Part shown: positions 39,424-49,135 of the stretch, piece after piece
Layout of the letters: every line of letters begins with the position of its first letter
Position numbering within the stretch: the stretch's first letter is position 1
Virus record (IMG/VR): IMGVR_UViG_3300037501_000111
Coordinates: 52,583-116,582 of that record
DNA length: 64,000 nucleotides
DNA from: a virus
Reading direction: 5' to 3' (one strand)
Notes under the pieces: model-generated
What the model saw: the letters and a program-made list of their open reading frames with translations, nothing else
Database searches by the model: none
What the model was told of the DNA's origin: nothing
Made by a program: the position numbers and the translations under genes

Positions 39424-40725
39424 ATGGATAAATTAGCTCAAAGCAAAAGACAAACAGGTCGAGGCTTCTTCAACAAAGTACGTGAAGTTGCTAATAAACC
39501 TACTGGTTTTTTGGAAGGCATTTTTAAGCCTGAATTAGACCGAGTAATGACCGCTCTCAATGATCTAGATGATCGTATTCGTTCTGAAATTACAGGTACA
39601 AAAATTGGTAGAGCTGAAGAGCCAGCTATTAAAATGTCCGGCAAAGACCTATTAAAAGAATCTCGTAAGGCTTTTAATAGAAGAGAGTACATCACTGGCG
39701 TTTCTGATTTAGCCATGTTCCATAAAAAGATACAAAACATGGTAAATGAGATTGATAAGTTTTTTGTCGATGTAAATAAAATACATCACAAATTTTTATT
39801 CCAAGGTGTTAATGAAGATAAGATAAAGCAACTTCGTGAACACATGGAGCCGAAGGCTGCATCTCTTATTGCCGATCAATTACTCAAAGAGGCTGGTCTT
39901 ATTGATGATATTGTAAACATTGTTTCTAAGCGTGGTCGTGGATTGGCTGCTTATGAGAAAACTTATCCAAAAGAGACTAAAGATCTTCGTGATATTGGTC
40001 TCAATGTATTAAGCCAAGCTGATACACTATTAGAAACTGTTATTGCTTCTCTTAAAGAAATGGCCACCGCACGCGCCACTCGTAGTCCAGATGATTATAT
40101 GAATGCTGGTCATAAAATTAAATCAGCTTTTGCTAAGTTTGACAAATCATTTAAAATGTACTACCAAGAGGCAGTATTACCTTGGATGAAAATTAAGGAT
40201 GATGTTGAAAAGCAAATTGCTCAACAGAAACAGCAATCAACTAATGTATCAAATATTGGCAAGACTGAATTAGGCGTTGATATGCCAGGGCCACCTCCAA
40301 CAACTCCTGGCGGAGGATCTCCTGTTGCACAGCCGGTTCCTGTTCCGAATGCCACCCCTACTCCAGTAGCAAATCCAAATGATCAGGCACCAGATACTCA
40401 AAGAACTCCATTTGTACCGCCAACAGATCCTAAAACTAACCCATTTCTAACACCAGCAGATTCTCAACATGATCCATTTGCGAAGGCTGAGCAGTCAAAG
40501 ATTCGTATTGCTCCTATTGAGCCTCCTAAAGTTAGAGCGTCCCCCGTTAATCCGCCAAAAGTTAGGGTGGCCCACGCTAATTTCTATAAATCATTAGAAT
40601 CAATGAGTAATGAGGACCCTCGCATTTTGTGCGCTTATATTGCTAAGTATGCAAGGTCTATTCAAGGAGATGACCCAGAAACAGCGATTAAGTTATTTTC
40701 TGTTGTTAAGCAATTGAAAGGCTAA
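39424..40725 (+). CDS. Hypothetical head-module protein
   Basis: Starts MDKLAQ; helical with a Pro-rich linker. Confidence 0.75.
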   Translation: MDKLAQSKRQTGRGFFNKVREVANKPTGFLEGIFKPELDRVMTALNDLDDRIRSEITGTKIGRAEEPAIKMSGKDLLKESRKAFNRREYITGVSDLAMFHKKIQNMVNEIDKFFVDVNKIHHKFLFQGVNEDKIKQLREHMEPKAASLIADQLLKEAGLIDDIVNIVSKRGRGLAAYEKTYPKETKDLRDIGLNVLSQADTLLETVIASLKEMATARATRSPDDYMNAGHKIKSAFAKFDKSFKMYYQEAVLPWMKIKDDVEKQIAQQKQQSTNVSNIGKTELGVDMPGPPPTTPGGGSPVAQPVPVPNATPTPVANPNDQAPDTQRTPFVPPTDPKTNPFLTPADSQHDPFAKAEQSKIRIAPIEPPKVRASPVNPPKVRVAHANFYKSLESMSNEDPRILCAYIAKYARSIQGDDPETAIKLFSVVKQLKG

Positions 40726-40734
40726 GGGAGAGTT

Positions 40735-41751
40735 ATGGGAAAACAAGTACCTAAGACTAGTACACCAGTCTCAGATACGCAAATGGCACAGGCAATCATT
40801 AATGTCTGGAAGCGTTTGTTTGGTACAGCTCCGTCTAAAGAACAGGTGTATATTATTATGGCTCAAAACGCTATTGAAACTGGTCGTAATAGAAAGGCTA
40901 TGCATAACTATAATGTTGGTAATATTATAGTTGGTAATACAGATCATGATTATTTTGTAGGTGGTGATTGGATGTATGCTGATAAATCGCAAACCACCAA
41001 AAAGAAAATTACTCAGAAATTCAGAGCATATAATACTCTAGAAGAGGGTGTGGCAGATTATCTTAATTTACTAAGTAAGAGTAAACGTTATGCTACATCT
41101 TGGCAACATATTCTTCATCCAGATATTCGCGCTTATTCAAAAGCCCTCCATGACGCTGGGTATTATGGAGCTAAAGAAGAAGAATATACTAAAGGGTTAT
41201 TAGGGCAATTTAGTAGTTTTAATAAAGGAACCTCATATTCTTCTGCAATGTCCGGTGATAAGACCCAACCACCGGCAATGATTGCGAAACAAGATACAAG
41301 TGATACAGGCTTTATGAACTTGCTAAATCAATTTCTCGCTCAATTTAGGAAAGCTGCAACCAATTACAATCTAAAAAAATTGTATAAAGCGGCAATGCCA
41401 ACCCATGATATTTTAATCAAGATATCAGCGCCAGATCGCGTTAGTGCAGTGGAATTCTCTCAAATTCTTTGTACCGCTTTAGAAGAAGACTTACTTGCAA
41501 CTACATATCCATATACTGATGGTCGTGAAGTAGAAGTTGAATGTTCCATCTCTGGCCCAGAGAAAGAATGTTTTGCGGCAGTAAAGCAAATGTCAGAGGC
41601 TATCTCTGAAGCATTTAAGGATGCTACATCTAAAATTGGTGGAATTACTATTGAAACTAAACCGATTATGAATAAAAAGTCATCTTATCAACCTATTAGC
41701 CCAAGAAGCGCTGATACCAACCACAGGAACTTCCTGCTTAAATTTATTTAA
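40735..41751 (+). CDS. GH73/FlgJ-like glucosaminidase (peptidoglycan hydrolase) with an extra C-terminal domain
   Basis: MAQNAIETG, NYNVGNI, FRAYNTLEEGVADY, RY, AL..AGYY. Confidence 0.8.
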   Translation: MGKQVPKTSTPVSDTQMAQAIINVWKRLFGTAPSKEQVYIIMAQNAIETGRNRKAMHNYNVGNIIVGNTDHDYFVGGDWMYADKSQTTKKKITQKFRAYNTLEEGVADYLNLLSKSKRYATSWQHILHPDIRAYSKALHDAGYYGAKEEEYTKGLLGQFSSFNKGTSYSSAMSGDKTQPPAMIAKQDTSDTGFMNLLNQFLAQFRKAATNYNLKKLYKAAMPTHDILIKISAPDRVSAVEFSQILCTALEEDLLATTYPYTDGREVEVECSISGPEKECFAAVKQMSEAISEAFKDATSKIGGITIETKPIMNKKSSYQPISPRSADTNHRNFLLKFI

Positions 41752-41759
41752 GGAACAAG

Positions 41760-42149
41760 ATGCCAACTGAAAAAGAAATTGTGGATGCCGTAAAAACTCA
41801 TCAAGGTTCCGGAAAAACTTTTGCTGAATTTTTAGCAGAAGTTTTTAAGGACAAGTTTATTGAAATTTATGTTGGCGACTCTTATGAGGACGTAAGTACC
41901 GAACAGGTATCCACTACTTATCCCGCTGTATTTTGTGGTAAAGTTGTATCAGCTTATCGTGAATGTCTTATTGTTAACTGTGCATTCGTAACTAGAAATA
42001 AAACTTTAACGCTTGGTAATATTATGTTTATTAATGAAAGAGCCATAAGAGCGCTTAATGAAATTGATGGCAATGGTACCTTAGAAGAAATGATGCTTAG
42101 AAGTAAAGAATCTTTAGAAATCAGAGAAAGATTTATCCTTAACAAATGA
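41760..42149 (+). CDS. Hypothetical protein (possible Sm-like beta fold)
   Basis: FCGKVV....CLIV...MFINERAI pattern. Confidence 0.65.
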   Translation: MPTEKEIVDAVKTHQGSGKTFAEFLAEVFKDKFIEIYVGDSYEDVSTEQVSTTYPAVFCGKVVSAYRECLIVNCAFVTRNKTLTLGNIMFINERAIRALNEIDGNGTLEEMMLRSKESLEIRERFILNK

Positions 42150-42157
42150 AGTGAAAA

Positions 42158-42910
42158 ATGACTAACTTGGACGATATCCTACAGCTTGCCAGCACTTATG
42201 AAGAACAGTGCTTACAGGGTCTGGTGAAGTTGGCAAAGATTCGCCAACTACCAGATGGTAGTTATCGTGTACTTTCTCAAAAAGGCAAAGATTTAGGTAC
42301 GTATAAATCTAGAAAGGCCGCCGAGAAACGTTTGCGTCAAGTAGAATTTTTTAAACATCTTGATAAATCTAAAGCAGATGATCAAGGAAACGCTATTGCG
42401 GCTATTGATTTAACTAAGGCTGATGAGTTTAGTTATTCTGCTATTATGCGCAAGCTACGTCAAAAAGCTAGTCCTGAGCAAGTAAAAACATTCCTTACTT
42501 TGTTTAAATCTCAATTTGATAGAGCTGTGAAAAACAAAGTTCACAAACCAGAGAGAATAGCACTACAAAATGCTATCATCAAGTTTCATAAAATCCATCC
42601 CATCAAACTTGACAAGAAAATGGTTAAATGTGCAGCTATTGCCGAATTGGGCAGCCCTGATAGTGTGGGCAAGTACTTATCTGACATTGTTAAGTTTATG
42701 TTGTTTAGATTGCCAGTTCAAAAACGTCCAAGAGCAGCACAGATATTGAAACAAAAATTCTTAGTACTCAGTGAGAATGCTATTGCTGGCAAGAAAATGC
42801 CAGCAGCTTCTGTGTATGGTCAAGCTATTACGTTTATTAAGCATGTACTATTTAATCAAGATGCTACTTATATTAGAAACGTACTAAATAGTTTATCGAG
42901 GAACTTATGA
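42158..42910 (+). CDS. Hypothetical head-module protein
   Basis: KLAKIRQLPDGSYRVLSQKGKDLGTYKSRKAAEKRLRQVEFFKH segment. Confidence 0.7.
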   Translation: MTNLDDILQLASTYEEQCLQGLVKLAKIRQLPDGSYRVLSQKGKDLGTYKSRKAAEKRLRQVEFFKHLDKSKADDQGNAIAAIDLTKADEFSYSAIMRKLRQKASPEQVKTFLTLFKSQFDRAVKNKVHKPERIALQNAIIKFHKIHPIKLDKKMVKCAAIAELGSPDSVGKYLSDIVKFMLFRLPVQKRPRAAQILKQKFLVLSENAIAGKKMPAASVYGQAITFIKHVLFNQDATYIRNVLNSLSRNL

Positions 42911-43677
42911 TCATAAGATTTCGTCCAGTTATTCCTGGCATTTTATATCGTGGTTCAGCTCCAACACCAAGAGATGTATTAGAGTTAAAAGATAAACTAG
43001 GAATCAAAAAAATCATCAGCCTTGACAAAAATGCAGGCGAGAAAATCTCTCGCACATGTAAGATGTTAGGTATTAATCAGGTCAAATTATATATAGATCA
43101 TAATAGAAAGAGCTTATATCATTTTTTATCACAAGATATAAAAAAACTATTTCTACAAGATGGCCCTACTTTTATTCACTGTCAACAGGGTAAAGATAGA
43201 ACTGGATTAGCATCTGCATTAGTTAAATGTAAATTTCTAGGAGTAGATCCGGAAAAAGCAATTCAAGAAGCAAAATCATTAGGATTTGGTATTGGTTTAC
43301 CAGAAAAAACAGTAAAAACTTTCGAGAAGATCATTAGACACTGTAAGCCAGAGAAAGATATTAATAACGCTGATATAGTGTCTTTAGAGAGGGAATATAA
43401 GAGCGATCCTCGTGATTCTTTCTTAGATGAAGCACATCAAGGATCATTCGCCCCGCACTTGGATCCTACCAAACAATATCCAATGGATGCGGTTTATCCA
43501 TATATAAATGACCAATCACCTACTCGCCAAAATTATCCAGATACATCATTATTCTGGCATGATCCTGAGAAGGGTAATGTAATTCCTAATGTTGGTGAAT
43601 TCGATAATGATGCTGGTCAAAGGGGTTTCGGTCCAACAGAAAACTACAACGGTTTCTTTTCAGAGGTAGGCCACTGA
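42907..43677 (+). CDS. Cys-based protein tyrosine/dual-specificity phosphatase
   Basis: LYRGSAP, GIKKIISL and the CX5R loop IHCQQGKDRTG. Confidence 0.88.
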   Translation: MIIRFRPVIPGILYRGSAPTPRDVLELKDKLGIKKIISLDKNAGEKISRTCKMLGINQVKLYIDHNRKSLYHFLSQDIKKLFLQDGPTFIHCQQGKDRTGLASALVKCKFLGVDPEKAIQEAKSLGFGIGLPEKTVKTFEKIIRHCKPEKDINNADIVSLEREYKSDPRDSFLDEAHQGSFAPHLDPTKQYPMDAVYPYINDQSPTRQNYPDTSLFWHDPEKGNVIPNVGEFDNDAGQRGFGPTENYNGFFSEVGH

Positions 43678-44328
43678 ATGATTAAAAAATCTTATTCTGT
43701 ACAAATGAGTTATGACGTGTCTGATAGCGAAAAGCATCAGGCAGAAAAGGCTCTTGTGTATTTTAAGGCTGCCAAAAAGTATCTTGTACAAGCCTCAGAT
43801 CATCTAAACATCATGAAAACTCCATTTAAGGATAATCAGGATGTAACGCCAGAAGAGATTATTAAATCACGTGCTGTTATTAGGCGCTTCCGTGATAAGG
43901 CTATTGAAAATTTTGATAAGTTTAAAAAGGCGGCATTTGATTGTGTTAATCTAATGCAAACATTCTCTAGTGATACTCAAACTCTTAAATTAATGAAATC
44001 ATTCATTTCATCAGTTGACGATCTAGAAGTTAGTGTTAATCAGTTTGCTGAACTATTTGATGATTTACAGTCTAAAGAGTTCTCAAAAGATGTAGTTACG
44101 GCAATAGAAGGCATTCAAAAGCAATGTGATGAGATTGATGAAATTATTGATGAAAGAATCAAATCTCATATTCAAACGAATATTCTAGCTACTAGTTGGG
44201 TAGATGCTATTAGCAATGATTTGCAGATGAAAATAGAGAAGAAAACACCATTAATTGTAGATCTTTATAATCAAAGACAAGAACAATTAAATGATGCAGT
44301 AGAGGAAAGGAATACCACCAGAGAGTAA
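43678..44328 (+). CDS. Helical hypothetical protein
   Basis: 216-aa ORF. Confidence 0.7.
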   Translation: MIKKSYSVQMSYDVSDSEKHQAEKALVYFKAAKKYLVQASDHLNIMKTPFKDNQDVTPEEIIKSRAVIRRFRDKAIENFDKFKKAAFDCVNLMQTFSSDTQTLKLMKSFISSVDDLEVSVNQFAELFDDLQSKEFSKDVVTAIEGIQKQCDEIDEIIDERIKSHIQTNILATSWVDAISNDLQMKIEKKTPLIVDLYNQRQEQLNDAVEERNTTRE

Positions 44329-44431
44329 GAGATGGTAATATCGCTGTATAATAGATGAAGTTTTCGGGTTCAAACCGGAAATTTGTAGCAATATTATATT
44401 ATACCTGTGTGGCCTCCCATTTGGAGAGTTT

Positions 44432-44587
44432 ATGTTTATTAAACACGGTGATGGAAAAATATTAAACGTCGTAGACGGTGAAGAGCTGACTGAAGAGCAG
44501 AAGAAAGCTGTCAAAAACGTGTCTAAAGAGTTCGTCAAACAATCTGATGAGTCGACTGATTCTGTAAAAAAGAAGTCAGGGAGCTAA
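44432..44587 (+). CDS. Unannotated 51-aa protein MFIKHGDGKILNVVDGEELTEEQKKAV...
   Basis: SD GGAG, ATG at 44432, TAA at 44585-44587, just before the protease start. Confidence 0.7.
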   Translation: MFIKHGDGKILNVVDGEELTEEQKKAVKNVSKEFVKQSDESTDSVKKKSGS

Positions 44588-44592
44588 TATAC

Positions 44593-47500
44593 ATGGTTAT
44601 TGTTAAATTAGGCGAAGCCCACGAGATTAAATTGGAGAGTGTAGAGTCATGTCTTCCAGAAGTAAGCGCTGAGGTTTTAGAAAACTTCAAGAAGTTTGCA
44701 ACTAATCTAAAGAAGATTGCCCCTAAAGCTGAAGACTTTCTATATTTCTCCGCTGTCATGATGCATGCAGCCGAAGCATCTGCATTAAATGAAGACGGTA
44801 CACCTAGATTAACACTTAAAGGCGAACCAGTACAAGTAGGTTGGGACACTAGTGGTGGTACATGGAAATGGGCCAGTAATGATCCAAATGTTCGCCCATA
44901 TAAGAATTCTAATGGCGATATATTTCCAGAAGCCGAACTAATTAAAGCTTACAAGAAATGGAAGCACAAGCCTCTTTGCGTGGATCATAAATCAAGTTCC
45001 GTAGAACACGTAAGAGGATTTATTGTTGATACCTATTATGATCGCAATCTCAAGAGAGTAATTGCATTATGCGCCTTAGATAAGGCAGGATTCCCTCAAT
45101 TAGCTAGACAAATTTCAACAGGCGTTTCTAACTGTGTATCCATGGGCACCGCAGTAGGAAGAGCTATTTGTTATGATTGTGGTAGAGTCGCTCGTGCAGA
45201 GGCAGACTTCTGTAATCATATGAAAAACAAGACTTGCTACGGTGAAATTAACGTAGACCTCAACCCGATTGAGTTATCTATCGTTGTAAATGGTGCTGAT
45301 CCTAGAGCCAACATCAAAAACATTATCGCCGCAGCTAATACCATGAACACTTATCTAGAAAACCGTGCTAAGGAACTAGAAAAGGTGGCATCATCCTATC
45401 AAGCTACTATTATCAAGAGTAACGAGACAGGTGGTGCAGAGGTATCTGACACTAATTCCATTACTGTCAGGGGTGAATCATTAGAGTCTTTCAAGCAAGA
45501 TTTTGAACGAGGACTAGAAGAATTAGAGTCTCTTAATTCAAAATTTTCTCAAAAAGGTACTAATTCTTCAGCATCTAATCAATCGTCGGGGTCGATTGCC
45601 ACGGATGACGGCGCACCCACGGATTCAGGATTGGCTCTCCAAACTCCGCAAACTAACAGGTTTGCATCCGCAGATGTAGAGGCGGAATCATTAGCTGAGC
45701 TTCAGCAAGTAACTGCGTCAATCGAAGCAACGCTAAGTCAAATGAAAAAGAGCTTGGATAAGTTAGCTAAAACTACTTCTACAAAAACACAAGAGGAAAA
45801 TATGTCTGGATCAAAAGAAATTAATAAGCAAGCTTATTTCCAGGGTGGTGGTGGCGTTAATGAGCCAACTCCAGGTCAAGTTAAGTATCCAAAAGACGGG
45901 CTCAATGAGCAGCTTCGTGAGAACGAGGACAAGCACATGTTGGGTCAGCCTCCTTTCCCTGAGGTAGGTCCAGTCAATGGAATGCACCCTTCACCAGCTT
46001 CGGCTGATCCTTCTGGAGAGTTAGAGCGTAAGAAAATGCTTGCTCGTGCAGAAGCAGAAGAGCGTGCTCTCAAGCGTAACTCTATTGTAAATATGGTTAA
46101 GGATACCTTGAAGAACAAAGAGGCTTACTGGCAAGGCGCTGGTGGTGTTAACGAGCCAACACCAGGTAAAGTTAAGTATCCAAAGGATAAGCTAAACGAA
46201 GAGCTTCGTGATTACGAAGATAAGCAGATGGTTGGCCAATCACCATTCCCAGGTGTTGGACCAGTTGATGGTATGCATCCATCTCCAGCTTCTGCCGATC
46301 CTAAGGATGAACTAAAGCGTAAGCAGATGCTTGCTCGTGCTCAATTAAGAGCAAGATTTGTTAAAGCTGCCAATGGCGATGGTACTCAGAACAAAGCAAA
46401 AAGTGCTTGGGAAGTATTCCTAGGCGATAAGCTATTGCTTACTGCTTCTGTTGATGAATTAGCTGGTGGAAATACTGCTGTCCTATATGACTCAATTGCA
46501 ACTAAAGAATTTGGTGCCAAATTGATCGAAAAGGTTAAGGTACAAGGCGCTGATGCAGTATCTAAGCTAATTAAGAAGGCACAGGCAACTCCTCCAGCTC
46601 CTCCAGCCGGCCCACCAGGTGATCCATCTAGCGCTACTCCAGGTGATATGGGTGGTGGCGATGCAGGCGGGCCTCCAGTAGAAGATGCTGGTAACTCTGG
46701 CGATCCAAAGCAACAAGCTTTAGATTTGGCTGAGAAAAATGTACAGATCAGCTCTGATTTGCAAGAGGCCGTTCGCGCTCTAACTGGCGAAAAAGCTGAA
46801 ATGGGTAACTCAGATGCTGGCGGCGCAGCCCCAATGGCCGCTGATGACAGCAAAGAGTCTACTGCTTCTGATAAGTTTAGTTCAGCTACTCTGAACACTT
46901 TAAGAAGAGAACTTAATGGCGCACTAACTCATGCTATGAAGGAATCTATTGCAGAACTTGCAGAACACAAGCAAGAACTAGATATGATTGTTGGTATGTA
47001 TGATAAGGGTGCTGTAACTCCGAACAACCAGGAATTTGTAGGAGCTATTGTAGAAGATGCTTTTAATGAGGCCAAGACTGCTATGGCAGATGGTTTCAAG
47101 TTAATGGCAGCTTTCGTTAAGTATGCTCGTGGTACTAAGGCCATTGTCAAGCGTGCTGAAATTGAATCAGAATTGCAAGCACTAGCCGAAGGAGATACCG
47201 AAATGAGCGACGAAAAAGATAGTCACTCCGCAGACGGCGGTGACTTGATGGATCTAATCAACGATACCAACGCAGATTTGGATGCCGTTCAAGAGATGAT
47301 GGGTGATGATCAAGATCATGAATATCATGAAGGTGGCCTAGATTCACTTCTAGAAACCGATCCAATGGTCACTGATGAGCCACTAGCTATTGAAAATGAA
47401 GACCCTCTTACAGGTTTGGCTGACGACAATGATATCATCTTTGAACAAGGTGAGAAAATTCCACCAGAGTTGGCCGGAAAGAAGTTGACTATGGCATCTT

Positions 47501-48261
47501 ATGATGATAGAGCAGGCCGCGCTGCCCTCAGGGCCAAGTTAGCTGCCGATGCTCTTGGTAAGGAAGAAGACGGAGAAATCCAGGATATGTCCAAGCAGAA
47601 GTTTAGTGACATGTTAGATGCTTCCCAGAAGCACACTGATGGTCAAACTGAATTGGACGTTAAGCCATCCGATAATCTCGGATTGGTAGAAACTGTTCAA
47701 GAAGTGAACAAGGCCATGATGGAAGTTGCAAAGGTTCCACCAAAGGTTCGTAAAGAAGCAGAAGTCATTCAGAAGTTAGTTTCTGAAGGCAAGCTTGATC
47801 CAAAAGACGTAGATGCTCTAGCATCCTACGGATTGGATGGTGAAGCAGTTGCTTACTGGAAGAAGTACTTTGGTGAGGTTGAAGGCGGAAGCGAATTTGC
47901 CAGTGAAATGGTAAAGGAGCATGTCAAGTCTGCAATGGAAGAAGAACTTAACCAGTTCCGTGTCAAGTTAGCTCGTGCATACGAATTAGCTTATGATATG
48001 GCTGACCGTGGTCTCTGCTCTCACAATAGAGCAACCATCTCTGATCAGGTTGATCAAATTATGAAGTTCAATGATGATGCATTCGAATCTCTAAAGAAGG
48101 TTGTTGCTCGTCATGAACCAGGTGTTCTCCGTAAGACAGTAGGTACCATTCCACAAGTTGGTCTCAGAGTTGATGGAGAATTCTCTCCAGCTCAAGCAGT
48201 AGAGGATGACTCTTACGCCCAGTTGTCAGCCCTCTTTGGTAACAAAAAGGGTGTGTTCTAA
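44593..48261 (+). CDS. Prohead maturation protease fused to a large scaffold-like region
   Basis: NSNGDIF, LCVDH, GFIVD, VSMG, CxxC, ELSIV..GADP pattern of phage head proteases; acidic/coiled-coil remainder with an internal repeat. Confidence 0.75.
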   Translation: MVIVKLGEAHEIKLESVESCLPEVSAEVLENFKKFATNLKKIAPKAEDFLYFSAVMMHAAEASALNEDGTPRLTLKGEPVQVGWDTSGGTWKWASNDPNVRPYKNSNGDIFPEAELIKAYKKWKHKPLCVDHKSSSVEHVRGFIVDTYYDRNLKRVIALCALDKAGFPQLARQISTGVSNCVSMGTAVGRAICYDCGRVARAEADFCNHMKNKTCYGEINVDLNPIELSIVVNGADPRANIKNIIAAANTMNTYLENRAKELEKVASSYQATIIKSNETGGAEVSDTNSITVRGESLESFKQDFERGLEELESLNSKFSQKGTNSSASNQSSGSIATDDGAPTDSGLALQTPQTNRFASADVEAESLAELQQVTASIEATLSQMKKSLDKLAKTTSTKTQEENMSGSKEINKQAYFQGGGGVNEPTPGQVKYPKDGLNEQLRENEDKHMLGQPPFPEVGPVNGMHPSPASADPSGELERKKMLARAEAEERALKRNSIVNMVKDTLKNKEAYWQGAGGVNEPTPGKVKYPKDKLNEELRDYEDKQMVGQSPFPGVGPVDGMHPSPASADPKDELKRKQMLARAQLRARFVKAANGDGTQNKAKSAWEVFLGDKLLLTASVDELAGGNTAVLYDSIATKEFGAKLIEKVKVQGADAVSKLIKKAQATPPAPPAGPPGDPSSATPGDMGGGDAGGPPVEDAGNSGDPKQQALDLAEKNVQISSDLQEAVRALTGEKAEMGNSDAGGAAPMAADDSKESTASDKFSSATLNTLRRELNGALTHAMKESIAELAEHKQELDMIVGMYDKGAVTPNNQEFVGAIVEDAFNEAKTAMADGFKLMAAFVKYARGTKAIVKRAEIESELQALAEGDTEMSDEKDSHSADGGDLMDLINDTNADLDAVQEMMGDDQDHEYHEGGLDSLLETDPMVTDEPLAIENEDPLTGLADDNDIIFEQGEKIPPELAGKKLTMASYDDRAGRAALRAKLAADALGKEEDGEIQDMSKQKFSDMLDASQKHTDGQTELDVKPSDNLGLVETVQEVNKAMMEVAKVPPKVRKEAEVIQKLVSEGKLDPKDVDALASYGLDGEAVAYWKKYFGEVEGGSEFASEMVKEHVKSAMEEELNQFRVKLARAYELAYDMADRGLCSHNRATISDQVDQIMKFNDDAFESLKKVVARHEPGVLRKTVGTIPQVGLRVDGEFSPAQAVEDDSYAQLSALFGNKKGVF
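45823..46341 (+). repeat. Two ~76-codon direct repeats within the protease/scaffold gene
   Basis: KQAYFQGGGGVNEPTPG...KKMLARA and KEAYWQGAGGVNEPTPG...KQMLARA, period 291 nt. Confidence 0.9.
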
Positions 48262-48284
48262 AGCAACATAGAACGGGGATACAA

Positions 48285-48890
48285 ATGAAAAACCAAAGCG
48301 TATCAGATTTTGTAGCTGCAACAATGGATGCAGTTCTAAACAGCAAAGAACACAAGTCTCTATTTGATGTTCAGTACAAGTATGCCCAAGACATGAATGC
48401 TGCAAAGGATTCATGCAAGAAGTGTGGTAGTGGCCATTCTGACAAGGATTCTTGTATGGCAGATGATAACGATGCACGTAAATCTAAGAAAGATGACGAG
48501 GACGAGTCTTCAGCTTGGGACGATAACGATGCTCGCAAGAAGAAGGATGATGAGGATGATAAGAAGGATGACAGTGATGCATCTGATAGCCTTGAACCTT
48601 CTGTTGCTTTCGATGTCGCTATCGATAGTCTATTAACTGCCTCCGCAGCTCTTGACCAAGTCGGCCTTGAACGTGGTTCTGCTCTTGTTCTAAAGATTGC
48701 TTCTTTGACTGTTGAAGCTAAGAAGAAGGATAAGAAGGATTCTCAGTCTGCTAAAGACAAGAAATCCGACAAGAAGGATTCCAAGAAGTCTGATAAGAAG
48801 GACTCTCAGTCTGCTAAAGACAAGAAGTCTGACAAGAAAGACTCTAAGAAAGACTCTAAGAAAGACGATAAGAAATCTTCTAAGAAGTAA
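48285..48890 (+). CDS. K/D/S-rich low-complexity protein
   Basis: KKDSQSAKDKKSD repeats in the tail; KYAQ, DDND and helical-hairpin motifs. Confidence 0.75.
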   Translation: MKNQSVSDFVAATMDAVLNSKEHKSLFDVQYKYAQDMNAAKDSCKKCGSGHSDKDSCMADDNDARKSKKDDEDESSAWDDNDARKKKDDEDDKKDDSDASDSLEPSVAFDVAIDSLLTASAALDQVGLERGSALVLKIASLTVEAKKKDKKDSQSAKDKKSDKKDSKKSDKKDSQSAKDKKSDKKDSKKDSKKDDKKSSKK

Positions 48891-48904
48891 ATTGGATTTA
48901 AACA

Positions 48905-49135
48905 ATGTTCAAACAAGGCAGCTTTGAGGACGAACTCTATCGTTCGATGGAGAAGACTTTAGTCAAAAACCAAACCGAAAATAGACACGGATTCAATAAG
49001 TTAGCTAAAGCTGCTGATCTTTTGAATACTGCGGCTGATATTTTTGACCGCGCAGGTATGCACAAAGAAGCAGAAGAGGTTGTAAAATTGTTACAAGCTC
49101 TGGCCATTGATATTAAAGAAGGTCAAAATGGCTAA
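48905..49135 (+). CDS. Small helical protein
   Basis: MFKQGSFEDEL..., similar to the N-terminus of the next ORF (SLFENEL...KAAD.L..A..I....G). Confidence 0.7.
   Translation: MFKQGSFEDELYRSMEKTLVKNQTENRHGFNKLAKAADLLNTAADIFDRAGMHKEAEEVVKLLQALAIDIKEGQNG

Noticed and set aside
46386..46898. 170-aa antisense ORF inside the scaffold gene, and similar antisense ORFs in dnaE, recA and the capsid gene
   Set aside because: Antisense shadows of biased-codon genes, with no SD or recognisable motifs
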